DNA from: Octopus sinensis
Taxonomy: Eukaryota
Direction of reading: 5' to 3'
Assembly: GCF_006345805.1 (NCBI RefSeq)
Contig: NC_043000.1
Location: 152,892,001 to 152,956,000, forward strand
Length of the DNA: 64,000 nt
Both the position numbers and the translations under genes were made by a program. Numbering within the stretch: position 1 is the first letter of the stretch; each line of letters begins with the position of its first letter. Positions 35,483 through 48,332 of the stretch are shown in pieces. Below the pieces are notes generated by a model. The model saw only the letters and a list, made by a program, of their open reading frames with translations, did no database searches and had not been told where the DNA came from.

Positions 35483-35975
35483 GCTGGCAGACACGGTAGC
35501 ACGCCGGGCGAAATGCTTAGTAGTATTTCATCTGTCGTTACGTTCTGAGTTCAAATTCCGCTGAGGTTGACTTTGCCTTTCATCCTTTCGGGGTCGATAA
35601 ATAGAGTTCCAGTTTCGCACTGGGGTCGATGTAATTGACTTAATACCTATGTCTGCCCTTGTTTGTCCCCTCTGTGTTTAGCCCCTTGTGGGTAATAAAG
35701 AAATAGGTATTTCATCTGCCGCTACATTCTGAGTTCAAATTCCGCCGAGGTTGACTTTGCTTTTCATCCTTTCGGGGTCAATAAATTAAGTACATGTTAT
35801 GCACTGGGGTCGATGTAATCGACTTAATCCCTTTGTCTGTCCTTGTTTGTCCCCTCTATGTCCCCTTTCATCTTCTTGGGCTCAATAAAATATGTACCAG
35901 TTGAAAGCTGGGGTTGATTTAATCAACTTAACCCCTCCCCTGAAATTGCTGGCTTTGTGCCAAAATTTGAAATCA
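35483..35975 (+). mobile_element. SINE family C, head-to-tail tandem (one full and two partial copies)
   Basis: TATTTCATCTG...GAGTTCAAATTCCGC...CACTGGGGTCGATG repeats at about 35524 and 35708, followed by a third tail piece. Confidence 0.8.
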
Positions 35976-36510
35976 GTATGTCTTGTGTGTGTGTGTGTGT
36001 GTGTGTCTGCAACTACAATTTTTGTTTATTATATCATGATTGAGTTCAGGAATACTCATTCTCGTTTGGAAAGTGTACCATTTGATCATTATCTTCTTGA
36101 CAGCATTTGATCATACCATTTGATCATTATCTTCTTGACAGCAAAACATCATAAAGTCAGTTCCAACATGAATAATTTTACATATGAGAACCATATGATT
36201 GCCTTGCTACTGTCTCTGATCATAAGTTATAATGTTCAAAGTGTTATGTAAACAAAAAAATACAAAATCTGATGTTAAATCATTCTTATAATCATTACTG
36301 TTCTATTTACAAAAAAGCTCTAATCTGCTGTTAAGAGCCGCTCTATTAGAAATCCCTTTTCTTCTAGTAATTGCTACTTTTTCTTTCCCATTCAGCTGTT
36401 GTTGATCCACTGCTACATGAAGTTATTTTGCAAGCCATTTGCTAGCTTATCTAAGCTGCTTGTAAGCTCATCTGTCCATGGTGCTTATATAGTGTTAACT
36501 AAAATCTCCA

Positions 36511-36835
36511 TGTGGAGGCACAATAGCCCAGTGGTTAGGGCAGCGGCCTCGTGGTCGGAGGATTGCAGTTTCGATTCCCAGACAGGGCATTGTGTGTGTT
36601 TATTGAGTGAAAACACCTAAAGCTCCATGAGGCTCTGGCAGGGGGTGGTGGCAACCCCTGTTGTACTCTTTTGCCCCAACTTTCTCTCACTTCCTCTTCC
36701 TGTTTCTTGAGTAACGACGTGATGGGCTGGCGTCCCGTCCAGCTGGGGAGAACACATACGCCACAGAAACTGGGAAACCAGACCCATGAGCCTGGCTATG
36801 CTTGAAAAAGGGCGCATAAATAAAAAATAATAAAA
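36511..36835 (+). mobile_element. tRNA-derived SINE, family A head with a different 3' domain
   Basis: The first ~175 bp match the reverse complement of 38-346. It then diverges into GATGGGCTGGCGTCCCGTCCAGCTGGGG...AATAAA. Confidence 0.85.
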
Positions 36836-37109
36836 TCTCCATATTCTATGGGGTGTCATCACCATCATAATGTCCACTTCCAATGTCCACAAGTTGAGGT
36901 GGATTTTCTCTGGCCAGACGCCCTTTCTATTGCCAATTCTTATTTGCTCCCAAGTGAGACATATTTTTACAGAAAATTGGAAATGAAGCCCACCACTTGC
37001 ATGACGGAGACACTTATTTGAAACTATTAGGCAATGCTGAGGCAAGGAAACAATAATGCATGCATGCACAAACATGTATGTGTGTGCGCGCACACACACA
37101 CACACACAC

Positions 37110-37207
<98 letters not shown>

Positions 37208-37484
37208 TCTTTCAGTTTCTGTCTATCAAATCCACTTGTATGGTTTGGGTCAGCCCAAGGCTATTGTAGAACACATTTTACTCAAGGTACCACACAATGG
37301 AACTGAACTCAGAACCATGCTTTTGGAAAGTAAACTTACCACACAGCCATGTCTGCATCTCATCATTTAACATCCATTCTCCCATGCTGGCATGGGTTGG
37401 ACAGCTTGGCAAGAACTGGCAAAGGACCATACCAGGTTCCATAATCTATTTTGGTTTGGGTTTTTTCCTATATATATATATATA

Positions 37485-37875
37485 CTAGCAGTATCACCCG
37501 GCGTTGCTCGGGTTTGTTTCAACCCTTTAGAATTGGAATTTTTGAAAAGTAAAACTTTTGCATTATGTAGCTTGTTATTCTCTTTAAGTGAACATTTTTC
37601 TGGTTGAAATACACTGAAAAATGGTGACACAGCAGTTCAAAAATTGTAAAAAAATAGGGATTTTCATAGAAAAAAAGAGCACCTTTTTGATGTAAATAAT
37701 TTTTGGTATTAACATGGTCTGATTTGAATTTTTTCTTCCACGGAAGGAAGAGCAAAGCCTTCTTCTATCACACTCTCAATTTTGGTCAACTTGCACTGCA
37801 GGGTCTCGGAGGAGATAGTGTTAGTTGAAGGCTACCAAACCTGCCATACACAGACAACTTCAGCTTTATATATAT
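37485..37875 (-). mobile_element. Non-autonomous Helitron, different internal sequence
   Basis: Same CTAG 3' end and hairpin (CCCGAGCAACGCCGGG) and a similar ...AAGTTGTCTGTG 5' region, but an unrelated interior. Confidence 0.8.
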
Positions 37876-38983
37876 CTTCTGTGTGTGTGTGTATGTTTGT
37901 AGAAATGGGGGTAGCTGAAGCCCAATAGGGACTGAACTGCTCAAAATGTCACTAAATAACAAAAATTGATGTTGAAAGCTAATAAGGTTTAAATTATTCA
38001 ACCTATTAAATAGTTGTTTTAAGTTCTGAATCTTAGGACATCACAATAGTGACACAATTGTTACTACTGGAAACTAATCAGTTCATTAAGTTACCTATTT
38101 TTATGCTTCAAACCTTTTGAAGTTGTGTAAACCAGAAATATCCTAAGAATAATGACAAAGAATCCTGAGTGCTGATTACTAAGATTTTGCAGTATATTTG
38201 TTGCATTGTAGAATAAGGGTAACTAATCAAATGCCACGGTAGAAGAGCCCCACCCTCCCCTAAAAACAAACTTCCCTATGGTCATCTGATCTGGTAGAAA
38301 TAACAGCCAAATCTCTTTAAATTTCTTGTAACCATTATTAAAAATGGTTCTAGATAAATGAAATAGATTAGTCACAGCTGGAATGCGTTTGATCATAGAT
38401 CTGCTCAGTCAGGGTTGGACAGGGATTTAAAGAAGAAAAAAAAACCAAAAAAACGAAACAGAAAAAAAAAAGAAAACTTTCAACCCAACCATTAAGCAAA
38501 AATCTGACACATCCTTGAGATTCTTTAATTCTCTCTAAGTGACCTGTAATAGATCTGTCACAATTATGTTAGTGTTCACAAGTGAAATAAGTAAGTGCAA
38601 CCCTGTTTTGTCATGGGGACTTGAACTTGTAACATAAAGCATTAAGAATAAAAATTGAAACGAAACTACGAATAAATAAGTGAATAAAAAAAAAAAAATT
38701 AGGGAAGTTGATAAACGAATGAAAGCAGGGCTGTTCTGGTAGACGCAGTGTCTAATCCTTGAGGTAGAGCAAATAGAAGCAAATAAATCAAAGAGTTGTT
38801 GCTTTTTAATAAGGCTGTGTCAGATATGGTTGCATGAGCATATATGTAGGGTGCAAGTTATATGTAAAGGAAATACTCTAACTGTGCAGGAAGTATTAAA
38901 TATCTTGGGTATTTGTGTGTGTGTGTGTAATGTAATGTACATGCATACACAATGCATAAAAACGAAGATATGTGTGTATGTAT

Positions 38984-39228
38984 GCATGTGAATGAATACA
39001 TAGCTGAGTGGATAAGGTACTGGATTTTACCTCCCAGATTCTGATTTCAAATCTGCTGCAGACATTTCGGTATATTTAAGAAATATGCTTGGTCCACATC
39101 TAGTTGCATGTGAATGAATGCATAGCTGAGTGGATAAAGTTTTGGATTATTACGTCCCAGATTCTGATTTCAAATATACTGCAGGTATTTTGGTATATTT
39201 GAGAAATATGTTTGGTCCACAACTAATT
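38984..39228 (+). repeat. Tandem duplication of a ~122-bp unit with a decayed tRNA-like head
   Basis: GCATGTGAATGAAT..ATAGCTGAGTGGATAA...GATTTCAAAT at 38984 and 39106. Confidence 0.8.
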
Positions 39229-39359
39229 GAACTTCATCATGTAGAATTATTTGAGAATGTTATCCAAACTAGGCTAGCATTCCATTTTTAAGTGAGATTT
39301 AGCCCTCTTTTAGTAATCTTGCTTTCTCCTTAATCTACAATTTCTATTGCTACTACAAT

Positions 39360-39650
39360 AGGGTAAAAAAAAGGGTAAAGACCACCTTCGGTCATGAATG
39401 ACCATGGGATTGCACCTAGAAAGTTCCCCACCAAGGCACAAGTCTGGGCAAAATTGTTTATGGAAGACCAGCAGTCACCCATACATACCGGCCTCCCCTC
39501 TCATGCCACCAGTGTTATCCAAGGCAAAGGCAAAGGCTGATACAGCTTGGCCCCAGTGATGTCACAACTCATTCCTACAGCTGAGTGAACTGGAGCAATG
39601 TGAAATAAAGTGTCTTGCTCAAGAACACAACACACAGCCCAGTCCAGGGC
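39360..39650 (-). mobile_element. SINE with an RTE-like tail (fourth family)
   Basis: Minus strand TTCTTGAGCAAGACACTTTATTTCAC...CTCAGCTGTAGGAATGAG...CCCATGGTCATTCATGACCGAAGG..TTTACC. Confidence 0.65.
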
Positions 39651-39914
39651 TACTACAATAGCCTCCTCATATTTGGTTGGTCTTGCACCCCCACAAAGCC
39701 CACTCTTCCTACTTAATTTTCCTCCTCTCATAACCTATATTACATCAGAAAGTTTTGTAATAACCACTCTAAGTAGTCCTTCTCCTTCCAGAATGTCACT
39801 CCCTGAAATTCCTTTTCTATCCATATTTTTCCTAAAGTTGTCAACTTACAGTTATACAAGTGTTCCATGGGCCTCATTAACCTTATCTTTCTCACAAGGC
39901 CTGTGGAGGGCATG

Positions 39915-40080
39915 GATACATCTTGTATGATCATGTTATGTATGAATGAGGACAGATGCATAAAGAAATGCTAATTTCTTAAGTAGATGGAACTTGTGGA
40001 AGAGAGAGAGACCCAGAAAGACATTGAAGGCTGATCTTCAAGATATTGAGCCTTACAAAGGAGATGACGAAGGACTAAGA
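39915..40080 (+). mobile_element. RTE ORF2 C-terminal remnant
   Basis: HVMXMNEDRCIKKC..DGTCGR..RPRKT..KADL. Confidence 0.6.
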
Positions 40081-40489
40081 TATCTGGCACCTTACTGTAC
40101 TCAAGAAGACCCACCTGCCACAGCAGAATTGATATCCTAAATCCACCTTGGTAATGCTTGTCTGTGAGGGGATCTTCTCCACTCCCACCTCTATCCTATC
40201 TGCCTTTTCAACCATTTCCACCTACATTTCATCCCCTAAATCCCATTTCTTCCCTATCACCTGAAAGTATAATTGGTACATACTACTGCCCCCTGCTTTC
40301 TCAATTACCTTTCTACCCCACCCCTGGATGACTTCCATTTACCATTATCTTCTGCTTACTGTCTCCACCAATCACCTCTTTTCTGTGCCTTCTCTCCTCT
40401 ACTGTTTTCCATCATTAACACCTCACTTATCTGCCATCACTTTCATTGACTGTTGCCAATTTTGTACTATAAACAAAAATATAAAAAAC

Positions 40490-40745
40490 ATCTTGTGGTG
40501 CGAGGTCTGGTGAATATGGTGGGCATTCTATCAAACCACTTTGTCCAATCCACCTGTTTGACAAAAATCCCATCAAAAATAGGCCCTTTCATTACTATGG
40601 TAGTGTAGAAATGCCCCATCTTGCTGGAAGTAAAACTCCACATCTTCAAAGTCCTCTTGAATGCATGGCATGGCAAACTGAAACAGAAAGGTAATGGCAC
40701 CATTCAAAGTACCATCATCAAAGAATGGCCCAGTTACTCCTTTTG
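40490..40745 (-). pseudogene. Tc1/mariner-superfamily (Tc3-like) transposase remnant
   Basis: Minus strand GVTGPFFDDGT...EFYFQQDGA..HY...ERAY...SPDLAPQD. Confidence 0.7.
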
Positions 40746-41258
40746 ATCATAAGCCAAACCAAATTGTTATCTCTTATTATAAAAGGCAGATTTTATCTGC
40801 CTCCCTTTGTCAGTTATAGAAATCTACAATATAGGATTTCTTCAATTACAATTTACTTAGTATTTTTAAGAGTAGAATGCATCGGGTTTTGCCAGGTCCA
40901 CTTTTTAAAATTTAAACTCCAATTAAGCAAAATTTACAGAAAACTCACATTCTGGTGTGTATGTCAAATGCTTTTCTTAATGTGGTTTACACCACACGCA
41001 CACGCACACACACAGTGAGCAACGAATAAAATGAAAGTAATTCACCTTTTGTAGTGAGTGACTCTTTCAGTCTGCCACTTCCTCTTTACACACATAGACA
41101 CGCAAATATATAAATAAAATTGTAAACTAACGTGCGTGTGTGTGTGTGTCTGTGTGTACGTGTGTGTGTGTGTGAGGGTGTGTGTGTGTGTGTGCGTGCG
41201 TGCGTGTGCATGAGTGTGTGACAGGAAAATTTTTTAGGACGAATATAAAACCTATATC

Positions 41259-41699
41259 GGCGATGTTTCGCTTGTCGTAGCACAGGTTTCCGTCGATTTC
41301 CGTAAAAAACTTTTATGTTTTTACATAAGTAATGAGAGCGAAAGAGACTAAGTGAAAGCGATTGTATGACGAGGGAAGTTCTTTTGAAGTTACCATGCAT
41401 GGGACGCATTGATGTACATGTGTGTGTGTGTGTGTGTGTTTGATGGAGTGCGGGAGACAGACAGTATGTTGTGTAAGTGAAGTGCTTCTGTTAGTGTGTG
41501 TGAAGAGACAGAGAGAGTAATGTGTGAAAGAGAGAGATAACTGAAATTTTTTACTCGGTTTATGTGTATATGTATGTATGCATGTATGTGTGTGTGTGTG
41601 TGTATGTATGTGTGTGTGTATGTATGTATGGCCGATTCAGTGTTTACATTTTTTACGGAAATCGACGGAAACGTGTGCTACGACAAGCGAAACATCGCC
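41259..41699. repeat. 51-bp inverted repeat pair flanking a TG-rich spacer
   Basis: 41259-41309 matches the reverse complement of 41649-41699 with 1 mismatch. Confidence 0.92.
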
Positions 41700-41714
41700 C
41701 CTATATCCAAGTAG

Positions 41715-42020
41715 CAGAAAGATCGCCCAAAAGTGTATATAGATATTTAAATGTATTTATATATTCATCTATACACAGATGTATGTATAATGTGTGTGTA
41801 TATATTTCCATACACGTAACCATTCACTCCGCACAAAGTTTTTTAGGACGAAAATAAGATCTAAAGTTATCTCTAAGAAACAGAAAGATCACCCAAAAGT
41901 GTATATAGATATTTAAATGTATTTATATATTCATCTATACACACATGTATGTATAATGTGCGTGTATATATTTCCATAGAGGTAACCATTCAATCCATAC
42001 AAAGTTTTTTAGGACGAAAA
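41715..42020. repeat. About 143-bp direct duplication
   Basis: CAGAAAGATC(G/A)CCCAAAAGTG...TTTTTTAGGACGAAAATA at about 41715 and 41880. Confidence 0.9.
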
Positions 42021-42867
42021 TATTTATATATAAAAGAAAGGTTGTGTGTCTGTCTACTCCGATTTAGATTCCTAACTACTCCCACATTTTGCGATGCAGT
42101 TTAACCAAAACCGGGTATCTTATAGTCGTGATTCATATCGAGCCCTTCTGGGTATTAGCGCACGTCTACGATGAGTCTATGATTTTACAAATAATTTACC
42201 ATCATTTTTTTCCATTTTAATGCATATTTTAAAAAATAAACGGAAGTAACTCTCAAACTTCACACCAATATGCGTGCTCATATGCGACGTAATATCACAT
42301 CAGCAGCATTTCCTCACACCCTCCTTGCACTTGGCGAAGGCAAAATACCAGGGGATGAAAATGGTAATATTGCCATCGATTCCATTTGTACCATTGTTAA
42401 GACGCCTTCTGATCTCAGAGATGCAGTGTTCCCAGATCTACAAGCTAATTATCAGAATATGGATTGGATTGGCAAAAAGGCTATACTGGCCCCGAGGAAT
42501 AAAACTGTTCACCATATTAATGATGAAATGCTAAAACTCATTCCTGGGGAAGTCTATGTATATCAGTCTATCGATACAACTCCTGACCCAGAGGACGTCA
42601 TCAACTATCCAATAGAGGTACTCAATTCCTTTGAGCACCCCGGACTACCACCACACTTTCTCAAACTTAAAGTTGGTGCCCCTATAATGCTCATCAGAAA
42701 TTTGGTTCCCCCAAAACAATGCAATGGCACACGTTTGATCGTTAAGTCCTTATCTCCCACCGTAAACTTATATCAATATTTGCCTGAATAATCATCATAA
42801 TTCAGTGCAATCATTAACAGTACTTTCAAGCAATTCAGCCCCAAGCAACGCCGGGCAATTCTGCTAG
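42021..42867 (+). mobile_element. Helitron deletion derivative: mini-family ends plus a helicase fragment
   Basis: The 5' ~230 bp match the mini family. The 3' end is CCCAAGCAACGCCGGG..CTGCTAG|T. Confidence 0.88.
42270..42791 (+). pseudogene. Helitron PIF1-like helicase fragment (173 codons open)
   Basis: KAILAPRN, YPIEVLNS, GLPPHFLKLKVGAPIMLIRNL, CNGTRLIV. Confidence 0.9.
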
Positions 42868-43179
42868 TTCCTAATAAATTTACATGATATCTTTCCATAA
42901 TATGGGAATTCTCAGGTTGCCAGTAGTTGCATTTGTAGTGGTTAATTCAGCCATTTAATTTAAATGTAGCCTCATCACTCCAAACCATTCTTTTTTTGGA
43001 AAGTGTGCTTCTTATACAGATCTTGCTGGTTTCCACTTGTAAAACTCCATTCTCCAGTTCAGATCGTCTTCATTCTTAAAATGTAACTTTTCCAATGACA
43101 ATGCTTCAAAATGTGATAGATGCTTGATTTTGAAATTCCTCTCTCATGACTCATTTGCTATACAGGTTTTCTTAAACTA

Positions 43180-43221
43180 CTAGCCAGCAAGATTCCGAGT
43201 TCAATTCCAGGCAGTGACCTG

Positions 43222-43262
<41 letters not shown>

Positions 43263-43400
43263 CATCAAAAAATACCTTAGGAATGAGAACCCAGGTTCAA
43301 AATTTCTCCAAGACACCTGATGAAGGCTGGAAGGTATATCAGCTGAAACGTGTTAACAACAAACGAGATGAGGACAAATATCTGTCAAATGTAAATAATG
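43180..43400 (+). mobile_element. Short Penelope-like/retrozyme-type fragment with (TAA)n and a hammerhead motif
   Basis: (TAA)n run, then CCTTAGGAATGAGAACCC...CTGATGAAGGCTG...CAGCTGAAAC. Confidence 0.5.
43312..43354 (+). ncRNA. Hammerhead ribozyme motif lacking the cleavage triplet (predicted inactive)
   Basis: GACAC-CTGATGA-a-GGCTG n10 CAGCT-GAAA-C-GTGTT. Stems I and II form, but there is no NUH between GAAAC and stem I. Confidence 0.55.
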
Positions 43401-44089
43401 CTGCTGTAAAGGAGATACATGGCTATCCAACCTGAGGGAAGAGAGAGAGAGAGAGAGTAGGAGACTGCAAGAGGTAGTAGGAGAGAGATGGTGGTGAAGT
43501 GCTAGTGCATACTCACAAGGAACAGGGATCAAAGTATAAAGGGGATGATAGAGTAAAGGAAGAGAGAGTTAGATGGTGGCAAGTGCCAGGACATTAACCT
43601 CAAGATATAGAGGTCATAATATAAGTGGTGAGGTATTGCCAAAGAAGCTTGCAGGTCCAAGAGTAGTGCAGTGACTGGTGAAAACTGGGTATTTAAAGAG
43701 GGTGGAGGACTGGGATAACAATGATGCAGTGAGCATGATCATGAGGACAGGATTGGGGATTGAGAGATAAGCATAGTGCATGAGAGAGGAAATGTGAGGA
43801 GGAGAAAAGATGTAGTTTGGTTTGTTGGAATAGGGTGGGTGGAAAGTTTTATTGTTACATGTGGGTGGAACACTCAGTGCTTCTAGAACTCAGTTTCACT
43901 GATGTGGGTGGGTTTTCTCAAGAATCTTATGCCACCAAAAATTTTGATCCATTGTTATTTCCTCCATGAGGCCCAACATCCTGAGATGGGTCCTCACCAT
44001 TTCATTCCAATGAAGGCAGTCTGCTCTGTTGGATGTGTAACATCAGTGTGCATGTATAACAAAGTGTAAGTGTGTGAAGAGAACAGGTG

Positions 44090-44335
44090 AGCATAAGAGG
44101 AATCAAATGCAGCATGTAAGAGAGAAGACTATCTTGGTTTGGACATTTGATGTGTATGAATGACGACAGGTGTATAAAGAAATGCTGATCACTGAAAGTG
44201 GATGGTACTTGTGGAAGAGGGAGATCCCGGAAGACATGGGGTGAAGACCAATCTCAAGACCTTGAGCTTCATGTTGGAAATGACAATGGATTGAGCTGTC
44301 TGGCGATGTGAGGTTCCTGAGAAGAGTGCAGGCTA
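44090..44335 (+). mobile_element. RTE ORF2 C-terminal remnant
   Basis: RRLSWFGHLMCMNDDRCIKKC*SLKVDGTCGRGRSRKTW. Confidence 0.75.
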
Positions 44336-44541
44336 TTTTTCTGTGAACAGCAAGGATCTATTGAAATAAACTTAATGGATTTTTTGAAGTCTCTATCTAC
44401 CAAATCAGCTTGCAAGGCCTTGTCAGACCATAGTTATAGTAGACGACATTTGCCCAAGCTGTCATGCAGTGAGACAAATGTCTGGACATCCATATACATT
44501 TTGTGTAGCGAATTCTACTGTGAAGGCATTCACCAGTCTGA

Positions 44542-44820
44542 TTCATCATCATCATCATCATCGTTTAGCGTCCGCTTTCCATGCTGGCATGGGTTGGACG
44601 GTTCAACTGGGGTCTGGGAAGCCAGAGGCTGCACCAGGATCCAATCTGATCTGGCACTGTTTCTACGGCTGGATGCCCTTCCTAACGCTAACCACTCCAT
44701 GAGTGCAGTGGGTGCTTTTTACGTGCCAGACGTGGCTGGCAAATGGCCACAATCGGATGGTGCTTTTTACGTGCCACAGGCACGGAAGCCAGTTGGGGCG
44801 GTGCTGGCAACGGCCACGTT
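44542..44820 (-). mobile_element. RTE-type 3' tail
   Basis: (CAT)n, conserved tail and about 2 units. Confidence 0.88.
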
Positions 44821-45555
44821 TTAATTCACTGGTAGAAATCACTTGTCGAAGGTGTTAATCTGTGGGATTAAACCTGATACGACATGATTGTAAAGTGTAC
44901 TTCTTAACCACGCTGTCATGCCTACACAGCCAAGTTGGTAAAACCGTTTCAAGTGAAAAGAACAAAATAAACAATTTTTAATGGATTTTACAACATTTTC
45001 GTAAGAGAAATGGAGAGAGTGTGGGGTAGGTTGAAAAGCACCCACATGTAAATAAATGTTCAGTGGCATATGTGGCTAATAGTCAACATAGGTTAATGTC
45101 ACCTTTAGTACCAGAGAGCAAAATTGACATCAATGTGAATATAATTACAAAGTATTTTATGAATTGGAAGTAATAAAACTGGTTGACTGCTTCAAAAACC
45201 ATTAAATTTCACTGACGTACTTGGTTAATATTACGATATTGCTTTTGCCCGACAAGTGTTATGCAGTTTCGGTGGCTTTATTCATAACCTATTAATTAAG
45301 CTAAAGTTACCGTAGTAGTGTATATTACATAACTATATGCATTTTAATTAAGTGTTACTATGTTATATAACTGTTGTTTGTAATTTAGTTTTTGTTTATT
45401 TTATATATCCGGTCTTTAAAATTTTATTGCATTGAATGTGTAGAATTATTGTACAAAGTGTGTAACACAAGGGTTACATAATAACTGCTTTCATGAGGGA
45501 AGGAAAGTGAAACTGATGTTGTTGTAGCTGCTTAGTTGAAATGTTATATAAATAA

Positions 45556-45957
45556 CTAGCAGTATCACCCGGCGTTGCTCGGGTTTGTAAGGGAAATAAC
45601 TATATAAGCATTTTTAGAGAGTTATAGCCAAAAACATAGCAAAAAAATGCACTAAAAATGGAAAACAAATGATGGTAAATTTTTTTTTTTAAATCGTTGA
45701 CTCATCGTAGATATTTTTAGAGAGTTACTTCCCTTTTATAATAGCGAAAAGAATGCATTAGAATGGAAAAAAATGATGGTAAATTTTTTTTTAAATCGTA
45801 GACCCATCGTAGACGCGCGCTAATACCCAGAAGGGCTCGATATGAATCACGACTATAAGATACCCAGTTTTGGTTAAACTGCACCGCAAAATGTGGGAGT
45901 AGTTAGGAATCTAAATCGTAGGAGACAGACACACAACCTTACTTTTATATATAAAGA
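45556..45957 (-). mobile_element. Non-autonomous Helitron (mini family)
   Basis: A|TC 5' end at 45957; hairpin and CTAG|T at 45556. Confidence 0.9.
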
Positions 45958-46477
45958 TATGAAATTCCAATAACCTTATTCTATCAATAATGAAAAACTG
46001 GGCCCCCCGGTTATCAGCTGCTGCCTATCTCTCTTAGATTATATTGTCTAAATACACTATGATTAAATCAATATGATTTGCTGGGTTGATTTAATCACTA
46101 TAACTGAGCATGTACCACTTTTGTTTTTTCAAGAAAAACACGGTGGATCTGCGAATTGTTCAACTTCCTAGCAATAACAACTAGGTTGGTACTAGTCTTG
46201 TTTTGTACGATACTGAACAGATTTTCTTTCATGTAACAGCTGACAATTCCGATTTTTTTTTTTAATCTTCCTCTTTTTACTTGAATAAATCCACCCTCCC
46301 TCCATGATTGGTTTACAGATCTCCACAGCCTTTTTCTTAAGCATTTATAGGAAACATTGAAACAAATATTTCGTTTTTGGATTTGGCTTGCAAGATTCTT
46401 TATATGAGTTTGTGTGTTGAAGCATATTCTGTTTGTGTCTGGGGAGAGTCATTTTCTTTTTGTGCCTTATGATTTAA

Positions 46478-46698
46478 CCCTTTCGATACCAACCCAGCTG
46501 AAACCAGCTCTGGATCTGTAGTACAAACGTCTTGTTTTCATAAGTTTTGAATTCAAATTTCAACCAAACCTTAGTCACAATTTACGTTCCTAACACTAGC
46601 TGAATGATAACTAAGTTATTTTACTAAATTCTTTGTTATATTTTAAAGTAATTGAAAGAAACACAGAACATCTCAGAATAAATACGGTAATGAAAGGG
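46478..46698. mobile_element. piggyBac-like TTAA MITE
   Basis: TTAA at 46474-46477 and 46699-46702. Homologous to 20628-20839. Confidence 0.9.
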
Positions 46699-47181
46699 TT
46701 AACACACTCACCGGTAAAATTTCCACTTATTTCTTATTTTTATTTTCCTAAAATTTTCGTTGCTTCTTGCAATCTTTTCAATAGTCTTGACTCTGTCCGT
46801 TATTTACACTGCGTTACTTTTTGTTTGTTTGTGCGCATGTGTGCGGATCAGTGTGCATGCATGCCTATGCATGCATGCATGTATGTATGTATATGTGTAT
46901 GTATGTATGTATGTATGTATGTATGCATGTGTATGTATGTATATATGTGTGTGTGTGTATCTGTATGTATGTATCCTGTATATTCATGTGCTTGCATGTC
47001 GTGTTTGTGTATTGTGTATTTTCTATGTATGTGTGTGTGTATTAGCATGTGTCTGTATATATATGCACTTCTGTCTCCTTGTGTGTGCATGTCTGTGTGT
47101 GTGTGTGTTATGCAACTATGTACCATGTTTGTATGTATGTATGGATGTGCATCTCTATATGTGTAGATCCATGTCTCCATA

Positions 47182-47594
47182 TACTCTTTTACTTGTTTCA
47201 GTCATTTGACTGCGGCCATGCTGGAGCACCGCCTTTAGTCGAGCAAATCGACCCTGGGACTTATTCTTTGTAAGCCCAGTACTTATTCTATCGGTCTCTT
47301 TTGCCGAACCGCTAAGTGACAGGGACGTAAACACACCAGCATCGGTTGTCAAGCAATGCTAGGGGGACAAACACAGACACACAAACATGTACACACACAT
47401 ACACACACATATATATATATACATATATACGACAGGCTTCTTTCAGTTTCCGTCTACCAAATCCACTGACAAGGCTTTGGTCGGCCCGGGGCTATAGCAG
47501 AAGACACTTGCCCAAGATGCCACGCAGTGGGACTGAACCCGGAAACATGTGGTTGGTTAGCAAGCTATTTACCACGCAGCCACTCCTGCGCCTA
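47182..47594 (-). mobile_element. SINE family B, full length
   Basis: Reverse-complement match to the plus-strand copies. Confidence 0.9.
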
Positions 47595-48147
47595 ACTGTG
47601 AAATCTCCCTAAACAAATAGTATAAAACAAGTCACTCCACTCTCCTGAAATATTGTTTGTGCATAACTAGGGGAATTGGGGTTATTGCTGGATTACATGT
47701 AATATCTGAAAGTATAGTTTCTTCAAAAATTTGCACTTAGAAGTTTGAGAAATCCTTCATCTGATCAGTGATTTTGGTATGTGAAGACATCTCCACCTCC
47801 TCTGCAGGTGCTGCAGTGTACTTCCACCCTGTATTGTGATGCTCCCTATGTGGTCGATGGTGAGCGAATCAGCTGCTTTAGTGCTGGTGGTGTGGAAAAT
47901 GCCCTCTGTACATACTGCAAATTATTGAACAGCAGAGAAAGTGTAGGGTTGTGAGATTCCTTTAATACTGTGTCTCCAAGGACTTTTTAATGTCTCTAGT
48001 ATTATGTCATGAGAAAATGCACCCATTACACTCTGTATAGTAGTTGGCAATAGGTATAGCATCCAGCCATAAAAAGCAAGTCAAACAACACATATGAACA
48101 GTAGCTTTGAAGAAGAAATGACTTTGATGACCTGTCTAACCCATACC

Positions 48148-48332
48148 TATTTCTTTACTACCCACAAGGGGCTAAACACAGAGGGGACAAACAAGGACAG
48201 ACATAGGTATTAAGTCGATTACATTGACCCCCAGTGCGAAACTGGTACTTAATTTATCGACCCCGAAAGGATGAAAGGCAAAGTCGACCTCGGCGGAATT
48301 TGAACTCACAACATAACGCAGATGAAATACCA
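48148..48332 (-). mobile_element. SINE family C, 5'-truncated
   Basis: CCCACAAGGGGCTAAACAC...GGCGGAATTTGAACTC. Confidence 0.85.
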
